Origin: Azolla caroliniana
Lineage: Eukaryota; Plantae; Polypodiophyta
Length of the DNA stretch: 64,000 nucleotides
NCBI GenBank assembly: GCA_043228905.1
Contig: JBHGNT010000012.1
Location: 15,252,001 to 15,316,000 of the forward strand
Direction of reading: 5' to 3'
The notes below the pieces were generated by a model. That model ran no database searches. It worked only from the letters and a program-made list of their open reading frames with translations, and had not been told where the DNA came from. Positions 36,001-45,435 of the stretch are shown one piece after another (within the stretch, counting starts at the first letter, position 1; the number at the start of each line of letters is the position of its first letter). Position numbers and translations under genes: made by a program.

Positions 36001-37486
36001 TTGGAGTCGGTGGCTTTGCTTCTTCCACTTCCGGTGTTGGTGGGTTGACGGCTTCCGTTTGCGGTTCCAGATAGCCCTGGTCGAACGGTTCCGGTTCTGG
36101 AGTCGGCACGGTATCCGACCCGTCGTCCTCCGGGCCGCCGGGGGTATCGTTGCTGCTCCGGTAGTTCGTGTGCACGCTGTATCCCCCTTCGGAATCCGAT
36201 TCGTAGGCTGAAAAGGCTTCTGCCTCGTTTTCTCCGCTTGCCAGCGCCTCGAGGAGGCGTTCGGTTTCCCGGAGACTACTTAGACTGCTTTCGTCGTCCT
36301 GGTCGCGAGTTTGCTGTAACCGAAGAGATTCCTCCGCGACTCTCCGGATCTCGTTGGAGAACGAACGATCCGAGCGAATTTCGTGCGCTGCTTGCTGGAA
36401 AGTCTCACGCCGTCTTTGCCGTTCGGCGAGGCGTCGAGCTCGGTCTGTAACCAGGTCGTGCGTTGGTCTAGTCATCCATTAAGCCGTCGTTCGCTGCGAG
36501 AAAGCAGGAATCGTGGTCGCCAAAACTGTGTTATTCTCTGACCGGACAAGGCCTAACACAAGGTGTCACGGAGACACTTCACCAAAGGGTGATTACGGCA
36601 TAGGATTATGACTCAACGATTACACCGACCTAAGTAGGTTACACGATTAAAGCGCTTTTGTTAATTACACGCGTAAGATATAACAGTAAGTACAGAACGG
36701 AAATCAACACAGAAGTATAAACACCATACGCTCTATTAATTATCCGCTGCGATTACAATGGGGTCCGGGCCTTTAAATAGATTTCCGGCCCGTAGTACAA
36801 AACGGTGCCTATCGCACCTATTCGGGATCCGTCCGGATCTGGAACGGCATACCGTTTCCAGTCCGTCCGTCCATACTAGGCTTATTTACAACCATACTTA
36901 ATTAATTCCTTCACTCCGTATTTTGGACTCCTTGCCGGCCGGTAACAAGAAGAACAGTGTTGATGAGCAAACTCAACCAAGGCCGAAACCGGATGAGGAG
37001 TACCTGGCTATGGAGAGCCGGATGGTGCAGACCCGGTGAGAACCGGATGAGGAGTACCCGGCTATGGAGAGCCGGATGGTGCAGACCCGGTGAGGAGTGC
37101 TCACCGGACGAAGAGACATATTCGTAAATATATTTTCTGAAAGTCCATCGGGGCTATATTTGTAAATAACCGGAAAGTCATATTAGTATAAATATGACTT
37201 AGGGCAAACTTATGGCATAGGGGAGTTATCATTCTTGTTGGTGCAAGAAGAGAGTGCGCGTAACTGTGTACAAAGAGAGAGAAAGAAAGAAAGAAAGAAA
37301 GATGTATTAACGTCTTCTAAGGCCAAATTTGGCCCATGAGACAATTGGTTTACAACAATAGAGTATTTATCTAGTCATCATAACTAAAATAAAATTAAGT
37401 AAAAAAAAATAGAACTTAAACTAAAAGAGTTCTAGTAGTGTACAATATGTAGTATACTCGAAAGTGACTATACACTAAGCCTAATT

Positions 37487-40400
37487 TCATTTCCACCCAA
37501 GCCTCTTGAAAATAAGTGGGAGGTCAAAGGGTTTTGGTGTGGGTGTGACCCATGGTCCCGGTGTACAGAATGCCCCAGCCATGGCTTCTAGGCGGTGTAG
37601 CTCACGTTCCCTTATTTTCAATATTGCTTCCACATCACGTTGAGTTGCTTTGAAACCCGGCACCCGAGGACGTCTGGTTCTTCTCTGGTTTTCTGCCTCA
37701 TCAATGGAAAGGCCGAGTGGTGCAAGTGTGTCGGCATTCGTTGTCTCCTCAGGTTCCTGAAAAACTGCATTTGTTACATGTTCGTGATCATTAGCAACAT
37801 TATTGTCAACATTTTGTAATTTATTCTCTCTGTGTTGTTTTAGCTCTAGAATGTATTTGCCTAATTTCTTTATATCTAGAGTATCTAATAGTTTGGGGAG
37901 GGTGGGAGACGAACCAAGTATGTCTTGGTATTTTGCCCTTATCTCGGCATAGGTTGGACACTTGCATGTAAAGTGGTACTCATCCTCTATCTCTATGTGA
38001 CATAACCTACATATCCTTTCCTCCCTAGGGACTCCACTAGTACGGCCATTTTCAATCTCAAGTTGGTGAGATGATATTCTAAGTTGTCCAATGGCAACCC
38101 TTAGTGCATGTGGTAAGAATACATCTAGATATTTTGGCCGCATGATAAAACCTAACTCAGAGAAGTGCATGAAGTGTTTCTTATAGTACGACATTTTAGA
38201 TGGGAGTGGCTCTAGTGGGGTGATCCATTTACACCGAGTGTAAATTTGCCATATTTCTTGGCGTATTACTTTATTGCGGTTCTCATGAGAGATTAAGGTG
38301 TTTCACTCGTATGGTTGTACCTAAGGGGAGGTAGGTTATTAATGTCTAGACCATTCGCAAGAAGCCAAGTCACCATCATGCCATACCATGAGCTAGTATA
38401 GCCGGACTCATACAATGATCGAGAGGCCTTAAAGGCTTGATGAGATATTCTATCATGTGGTTGGCTATGTATCCTATCAATAAAGACTACAAGTTGAAAA
38501 AGTGCCTCTACTAGCATTGGGGGTAACGTGAACTCGGCCCTAATAATGTCATGTGGTACAGTCGATTTGCTTCGGAGTTGGCGTGATAGCATCATCACCA
38601 ATGGTCTCTCTAATTGCGTCCACATGAAGGATGGTAATCCTGGAGCCCAAACCGCTGATGCATACATGAGGGAGGGGGTCACTAATGAGTCAAAGAGCCA
38701 CCCTTTAGTCCGTGGCTCTTGAAAGTGTGCTTGGTGGCATTGTCTCTCTAGGAGTGAGAGGGATGCATGTCCTCTCGTGAGTCTATCCTTCACTGCTTGT
38801 GTCATCGAAAATTTACCTGAGCAGGCACTAAAAGTGACTCCGAGATAGACATACGATCCAACCACCTCGACTGGGCTATGGGAGATAGTTAGGTGACACT
38901 TAGCTCTAACTTGGGCCGATGTGTGGAAGATAAGGACTTTCGTTTTCCCTAGATTCACTACCAATCCTCGTTGTACACAAAAGTCATCTAAGGCATTAAG
39001 GTGCTTTTGTAGGTCGTGTTCGGATTCAGAGAGCAAAACTATGTCATCCGCATAGAGCAAGATACGAACCTGCGTATCCCCAAGGACCACTCCGGTGCCT
39101 CCCTCACGAGCAATAAAATCTGTGATCTCATCAATGTAGATCCCAAAAAGCGTCGGTGATAGGGGGCAACCTTGTTTTACACCAATAGTGCTAGTGAAAC
39201 GATTGGATAGGCCACCTAGGCATCAGACACACCCAGACACTTGTTCATATAGTGCGTAGATGGCCCATACCATATCATCTGGTATCCTCAAGCTTTTAAT
39301 TCTATCAGACAACCGATCTCTAGGGACTGTGTCAAAGGCTTTGCGGAAGTCCACAAAACAACAATATAATCTCTTCTTGAGAGCCCTAGTTTGGTGAATT
39401 AGGCATCTAAGTGTGAAGATGTGATCAATAGTGGAGAAGGCTCGTCTAAAGCCAGCTTGTTCAGGTGCACGAAGGTTTAGGGTCTCCATGTAGTCGCTAA
39501 GCTCTGCTTCCATTACTGCACCATATAACTTAGCAAGGGTATGGCCTATCATAATGGTCCTATATGTATTTGGGTCCATGGGGTCCCCCCCTTTATGTAT
39601 GGGGGTCACTGTATTCATAGTCCACTGTGGTGGAAAACCCTCTGCAAGGGCGCGATTGAAGATTAGAGTTAGCAAGGGAGCTAGGCACTCTCTCGCATAT
39701 ATAATGTGTTCTGCTCGCAATCCTGTGTGGTCCATGGACTTCCTATGTTGTAATTTCTTTATGACCTTCATGACCCTAGAGGTCGTGAAAAGTGTCCCCG
39801 TGGTAGGCCGGGGTGTGGAAGGCATTGGAAAAGGTGGTTGGTTTGGGATTTGGTAAAGTCTCTCTGTATATGTGTGCCAAGTTTCGGGATCTTCGATGGG
39901 TGTTTGTCGTCTTGGCTCCCGTAGTCTCTTCCATGTCGTGGCGCAATCGCTACTCATGAGCATATGGTAGAGTTCCCAGTATTGGGATGCCTCCCACGCT
40001 CGTCTCTTACGACGTGTCATCTTACGCATTTCTTTGCGAGCTTGTATGGAGGTAATACTACCATTGAGTTGCGATACTGTAAGTTGTCTATGTAGGTCCA
40101 TACAATCCTCGTCATACCATTTATTTTGTGGCATTGATCCTGATCTACCTTGATTTGAGTGTTTTGTATATGGGAAACTGCTAGCTGCTGCGGAGTGAAG
40201 GATGTGTGTGAGTTTTGTACTAAGGCTTTCTAACGGTAGAGAGGGATCAATGGAGGGGAGATGGGCCTGAACATGTTGAGAGTATATGTCAGAGAGCTCA
40301 TGTGTGAAATGTATTGTGGTGTGATGGCATGGTTGACTAGACTTGGTGACCTTAGAGATATCACATTTTAGCTCGAAGTATAAGAAACTATGGTCTGCGC

Positions 40401-41229
40401 CAATAGGGCATGGGGCCACTCGGAAGGAGTTAATCATGTGGGTAGCTTCCGGGCGCCCTATTAGATAGTCAACTATGCTTTCCCCTCCTCCATGTGGGAA
40501 ACATGTGAGCTCTTCCGAGCCCGGCCACTTAGCTAAACCATTATATATGACCATCTGGTGCCGACTGCCAAGTTCGAGCAGATGATGGCCAAAGCTCGTG
40601 GCGTCCGCACCTTGATCCTTTGATCTACGTGTGGTGCCTATGTCTAAAGGATCAACATTTACCATTTCTAGGTTTCTATTCATCTGAAATACTGTGCATT
40701 GTCGGGATTGGGTTCTCGCATTGAAGTCTCCTACAAGAAATACTTCTCCTTGGGAAGAATATCGGATTATGTCATCCGATAGGGGTTCGTATGGAGAAGG
40801 CCCATGTGGCATTCCTTCATCGACTAATCTCGTCAAGCCACTAATATTATAACGGGATCCTTTTGGCGGAAAGTAACAAATGCCGAAAAATACTGCATGG
40901 TCTTTGCTTGTGGAGACTTTCACCCACATAAAACGAGCTTCTGGGTCTATCTTCATTATTTCTATCCTATTATGTAGCTCTCTACGAAATAGTATCGCGA
41001 CACCTCCAGATCCCCTAGTAGTGTGTCGACGTGAGGTTTGTCTAAAAGCGGACTCCCAACGGAATCCTTCGACCCGTGGGAGTCCTCTATTTGGGCTCTG
41101 ATGTGTTTCTACCAAGAAAAGTATATCAGATACCTTTAGTATCTCCTCTAGGCGGCCGGGGTGTGCCCAGAGTGCGCCATTACAATTCCATAGGGTCATC
41201 CTAAGTGCATTTTCTGTCACATGGGCCAC
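37487..41229 (-). pseudogene. LINE ORF2 (APE endonuclease, RT, C-terminal CCHC) with one stop (39223) and one frameshift (~38290)
   Basis: WNCNG, GDFNA, VDYL, ADH; FVDFRKAFD, QGCPLSP, LLYADD, YLG; LRISSHQLEIENGR...CRLC...EDEYHF..C. Confidence 0.92.
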
Positions 41230-41235
41230 ACGCCG

Positions 41236-42048
41236 TTAGTTAGTAGTGCGATCATTTATGATCACTCGCCCGTCTCGGTAAAAGGCGCGATGGCCTTCTT
41301 TACGAGCTTGCATAACTCGTGGCATACAACTCTTGCGATGCTCAATTTGCATCTTAGTGAGGTCTTCATCGAGATAGATGGGGTCCCCATCCATTCCTCG
41401 AAGGATTGGTCTCTTCTTAAAGAAAGTGATTCTAGAGTCTAAGTCTTTAAATTGAAGGACTAAGGCTCTCTTCCTAGTTGTGTCACGCCCGGCCCTCCAT
41501 GCTTTGGTGATAGGTAGGGCCTCTGTGTACCCTAACATTTTCCCAAGTGTTTGTGCGTCCTCATTTGGGGATGCACCTTCCTTGAGCCCAATGACACGTA
41601 CATTTAAGCGTCGGGCCTGACGCATTTTCTCTTCTTCAAGGGTGGTATTAACAATATTTTCATCTTTTATTTCTTTTTTAATGTTTCTTTTAACCACATC
41701 TACCCAACCCGTTTTAGCTAACTCTATGTTATTATTAACTTCCTCTTTAACTTTTTTAATTTCGTCCTTTATATCCTCTATAGAGGATATTTCACCGTCT
41801 TCTCGAGATACCTCGATGTCCTTAAGTTGTTTTTTAAGGTCGATGTTTTCTACTTTAAGTTGTTCTATTTCGGCCTTGAGGGCGTCTTTTTCCTCTCTAT
41901 CTTTTTTCTTGTGGGTTTCGGTGTCTTTCACCCATTTTTTCATATCCATCTCTATTTTTGTTAAACGATTAAACATATCTAAAAAGTCCTCCTTACTTAT
42001 AGCCTCGTCTTGTATATCCTTAAGTTCCTTAGTCCGTCTAGACGTCAT
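41236..42048 (-). CDS. LINE ORF1 protein (coiled coil plus RRM-like region), 270 aa
   Basis: Open frame from ATG 42048; coiled coil, then RRLNVRVIGLKE and IYLDEDLT motifs typical of LINE ORF1. Confidence 0.8.
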   Translation of the reverse strand: MTSRRTKELKDIQDEAISKEDFLDMFNRLTKIEMDMKKWVKDTETHKKKDREEKDALKAEIEQLKVENIDLKKQLKDIEVSREDGEISSIEDIKDEIKKVKEEVNNNIELAKTGWVDVVKRNIKKEIKDENIVNTTLEEEKMRQARRLNVRVIGLKEGASPNEDAQTLGKMLGYTEALPITKAWRAGRDTTRKRALVLQFKDLDSRITFFKKRPILRGMDGDPIYLDEDLTKMQIEHRKSCMPRVMQARKEGHRAFYRDGRVIINDRTTN

Positions 42049-42592
42049 TGTGGTGTCAATAAGAAAAAAAAGGTAAAATAAATGGGTTCGAGACTTAGCC
42101 GAGTTTGTGTCTGTGTCGCAATCACATTGGCATTTTGTAGCACGCGACGAGCACACCAAAAGAACCCACCCACGAACTCGTCGAGAAAAAGGCACTTCAC
42201 CACATCAAGAGAAAACGGAGAAGAAAACACCCCGTGACGGCGACGGTGACGGTGGCAGTTGTCAAACGACGGTAGACGACGGCAGCAGACGGCCGACGGC
42301 GGCAACAGACGGCAGAAGACGGTAGACGATTGCAAACTGTAGAAGGCAGCTGCAGACGGTGGCAGACGGCGACGGCCGCAGATAACGGCAGCGACGGCGA
42401 CGACACTAGCCGGCGACAGAGAGACGAGGAAGCGAGCGAGAGAGAGAGAGCAGACGGCGACGGCTGCAGACGACGGCGACGGTGACGATGTCGTAGTGTA
42501 TTTCGTACACTACGTGAAAAAGTAAAAATAATATAACCGATTTAATTACATATAAATAAATAAAATAATATATCAAGATATTTATCACGTGC

Positions 42593-42660
42593 ATAGGGTA
42601 GGATTCGAACCCTGTACCTCCACGTAGCCAAACCTCAACTTTACCATTATGCTACCTTAT
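42593..42660 (-). promoter_or_regulatory. tRNA-like A-box/B-box cassette in 5' LTR, antisense to the element
   Basis: Minus strand reads ATAAGG TAGCATAATGG TAAAG...CAG GGTTCGAATCC TACCCTAT; consensus boxes at tRNA-gene spacing. Confidence 0.7.
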
Positions 42661-43248
42661 CTTCAATGTTCTATAAATAGATTTAATAACTATAAGTGCT
42701 TTATTTGCGCCTACCTTTATTAAAAAGGTAAATCATGCATTTTTAGAGTGCGTGAATATTTTATAGAAAAACGCAAGCAACTAAAAAGTGACTCATGCAC
42801 ATCTAGCGTGCATGAGCACTATATTTAGCAAATAAAAGCAAGGATTAGAAAAGCATCACATGCACATTTAGTGTGCATGAACATATGAGAAAAAGCATGT
42901 AGCTATGCTTAGTCTCTCCCATCATTATATAAGGATGGGGAGCACATTGTAGTTTTTGTTGATTATTTTTCTATAATGATCAATCAATCTAAAATATTCG
43001 TGGGATTCACGAATTTGCTAAAATAATTCTCTCTTACTACCTAAATATTGACTAAATATACTAAACTCGTGGGATTCACGAGATTCTTATCTTATAACTC
43101 TTTATACCTATTCTTTACTAGCCTTATTTGTATTTTTCTTTCTCCTAGTCCAAAACCTCGGCGGTTCCCACCCGACTCACGTAAACGATCCGGAGCCGAA
43201 AGGCACGACACAGTTGGTGAACCCGACGTGAAGGCGGGTGGCAAGGAG

Positions 43249-45177
43249 ATGGAGAATCAACAAGAGGCAATGAGCATAACGATGATGATGATGTTCGAGC
43301 GGATGCTACAAGAACAACGAGTGATGTCGGAGATCACGGGGGCAGTAAAGCGGCTCGTACAACGAAACGGACAATTCAACGGAAACGATGTGTCACGCTA
43401 TCTACGTGACTACAAGGCGGAGATGATACGATGTGGGATACCGGAAGGATTGCAAGTGACATCCTTCAATCGGGTGGCCACGGATGAGCTACAAGAGAGA
43501 ATCCACAAGATACGGCAACAAAACTCGACATGGGGATCATTCGAAGAAGCTTTACGAGAGTCATATGATTACAAGAGATCGAAGGGACAAGATCGGCGAG
43601 AATTCGACGAATGGGTGGCATCTGAGAAGACCCACCGAAGTGCAACACAAGCATTCCTAGAGTTCGAGCATCGTTTTGCTCGACTCTCGGAGCGGGAACA
43701 ACGATTGGTGGGGGAGGATAAAGTCCTAATGTTCGTAAAATCGATCGATCGAAAAGAAAGGATGGACATCGGGATTGAACTTGAAGACGATGACGGTACG
43801 AATGGTCTTACCGAAGATTGGGCCGAAGTCCAAAGGGTATGCCGGAGACATGATGAGAGGAAGATGAGAATCTTGTCAACGACATGGCCGATGAAGGATG
43901 GTCGATTGAAGACAAACGATGGAGCCGATATGAAGGCCGAAATACAACATGATGGTGCGACGGAAGAGGGTGTAAAACAAGCTACCCTCTTGTCTTGCGA
44001 AAGAACAACGACAAAGGATAAGGCCGATAACCCAAGTGTAGAAGAAGATTTCAGAATACAAGTGTCCGAAACATCGGGTGAAAAAGGGGTAAGCATAATT
44101 GATGCAGTGAAAGAGAGCAAGGAGGAATTGATTGAGGAGGTTACCATGAAAGATGACATCGAATCGAAGGTGGCTATGGACGAATCAATGGCGGATGGCC
44201 ATATCGAGATTTCTCCACCACTGATTCCAGAGACTCCGACGGTTGCGTTCGAAAGGCAACGTGAGACCGAAGAGACGGAAGGTGGTGGAGAGAAAACAAA
44301 GGTCGAAGCCGATTCATACGACGGAGAGATAGCCGAGAAGGAGGCTATGGTTGAAATAACGGAGGATGATAATACCGAGGATTCCTACCCACTAATCCTA
44401 GAGACTTCGGCGGTTGTGTCTGAGAAGCAACGTGAGACCGGAGAGACGGGAGGTGGCGGCAAGAAAGGTAAAGTCGGAAGCCAGTTAGGATGGAAGGTGA
44501 TCCGGACGGGATTCCGATCCGAAAGAAAGCCGAACCGGGTAAAAGAGGATTCGACCGAAAGTCGACCCGAAAGAAAGCCGAACCGAAAGGAAGAGAATTC
44601 GGCCGAAAGACGACACAAACGAAAGCCGAACCGGGCGAATGAGGATTCGGCCGAAAGACGACCCGAAAGAAAGCCGACCCGAAAAGGGGTCGACTCGGTC
44701 AAAACCGATCGACCGAGTCTGACTTGGCCGAACGCAAATATGGATGGAAGCCGACCTAGCCGAAAGCCGATCGGACGAGACCGATCCGGAAAGAAGCTAA
44801 TCCGACTCAACCGAAGGTTGGACCGGTCGAGGCTGGTGAAAACGAGGAAAAGAAAGCCAACTGAAACCGAAACCGATAGATCGAAACCGGGCCGGAAGGA
44901 GACCGACTCAATCGAAACCGAACAACCGATTCCGATTCGGCCGAATACGAATCCGATCGGAAGCCGATCAAACCGAAAGTCGATCGGACAAGAGCGATCC
45001 GGAAAAAAGTCAAGGTTGATGAAGACAAGAAAGAGGCCAGTAAAAGACACTACCACGAATGACAAGGGCCAAGAATATGACGAGAGAGAACAAAGAATAT
45101 GGTGGATCAGATGGCAACAATGGTTCGGGTGGAAAGAATGGGTCTACTCAAAATGGAGAGAGACAAAGTTGACATAG
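43249..45177 (+). CDS. Gag-like protein (642 aa) with acidic then basic low-complexity tail
   Basis: Uninterrupted ORF from the ATG after the PBS; capsid-like N-terminus homologous to the Gag at 12237 (FNG.DV..YL..Y, VL.FVKS.D, GLT.DWA.V). Confidence 0.88.
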   Translation: MENQQEAMSITMMMMFERMLQEQRVMSEITGAVKRLVQRNGQFNGNDVSRYLRDYKAEMIRCGIPEGLQVTSFNRVATDELQERIHKIRQQNSTWGSFEEALRESYDYKRSKGQDRREFDEWVASEKTHRSATQAFLEFEHRFARLSEREQRLVGEDKVLMFVKSIDRKERMDIGIELEDDDGTNGLTEDWAEVQRVCRRHDERKMRILSTTWPMKDGRLKTNDGADMKAEIQHDGATEEGVKQATLLSCERTTTKDKADNPSVEEDFRIQVSETSGEKGVSIIDAVKESKEELIEEVTMKDDIESKVAMDESMADGHIEISPPLIPETPTVAFERQRETEETEGGGEKTKVEADSYDGEIAEKEAMVEITEDDNTEDSYPLILETSAVVSEKQRETGETGGGGKKGKVGSQLGWKVIRTGFRSERKPNRVKEDSTESRPERKPNRKEENSAERRHKRKPNRANEDSAERRPERKPTRKGVDSVKTDRPSLTWPNANMDGSRPSRKPIGRDRSGKKLIRLNRRLDRSRLVKTRKRKPTETETDRSKPGRKETDSIETEQPIPIRPNTNPIGSRSNRKSIGQERSGKKSRLMKTRKRPVKDTTTNDKGQEYDEREQRIWWIRWQQWFGWKEWVYSKWRETKLT

Positions 45178-45367
45178 CGGGACAAACGGAGGATGAAGGG
45201 GAGACAACGAGCATCGGCAACTTCGGCACATACCGGAGGATGTGCGGGTTCGGAGGGGGCGAGTGTCGTAGTGTATTTCGTACACTACGTGAAAAAGTAA
45301 AAATAATATAACCGATTTAATTACATATAAATAAATAAAATAATATATCAAGATATTTATCACGTGC

Positions 45368-45435
45368 ATAGGGTAGGATTCGAACCCTGTACCTCCACGT
45401 AGCCAAACCTCAACTTTACCATTATGCTACCTTAT
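45368..45435 (-). promoter_or_regulatory. tRNA-like A-box/B-box cassette in 3' LTR
   Basis: Identical to 42593-42660. Confidence 0.7.

Larger units (their letters stand above)
30030..36475 (-). pseudogene. Gypsy gag-pol (three CCHC knuckles, protease, RT, RNase H, integrase); one stop, one LTR insertion, integrase tail apparently deleted
   Basis: VIDGGSGVN, RVCVDYRKLN, FLDGFSGY, FLDDF, FVDASDIAIG, WGLDFVGP, YPQANGLAE, WTGPY; stop at 35783 in frame with the 35728 ORF; RT rejoined as GLKTAPATFQ after removing 32205-33027. Confidence 0.92.
26610..36947 (-). mobile_element. Ty3/Gypsy non-chromovirus (Athila/Tat/Phygy-like) with extra 3' ORF; LTRs 36529-36947 and 26610-27028
   Basis: 419-bp LTRs differing at about 3 sites, perfect 5-bp TSD AGAAG, PBS TGGCGACCAC (tRNA-Arg-like) near 36513-36522. 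Confidence 0.95.
37282..42488 (-). mobile_element. Near full-length non-LTR retrotransposon (RTEX-like) with (TCTT)n tail, inserted in the GA-repeat of the Copia 3' LTR
   Basis: ORF1 + ORF2 (APE-RT-Zn finger), GC-rich GACGGC-repeat 5' UTR 42235-42488, tetranucleotide tail 37282-37301; clade assignment is by motif recall. Confidence 0.88.

Noticed and set aside
42593-42660. Bona fide tRNA gene
   Set aside because: D and anticodon stems do not pair and the anticodon region varies between copies; only the promoter boxes and partial stems remain
43048-43248. N-terminal extension of the 709-aa ORF
   Set aside because: Non-ATG start inside the LTR and across the PBS; the homologue at 63702 starts at the ATG equivalent to 43249
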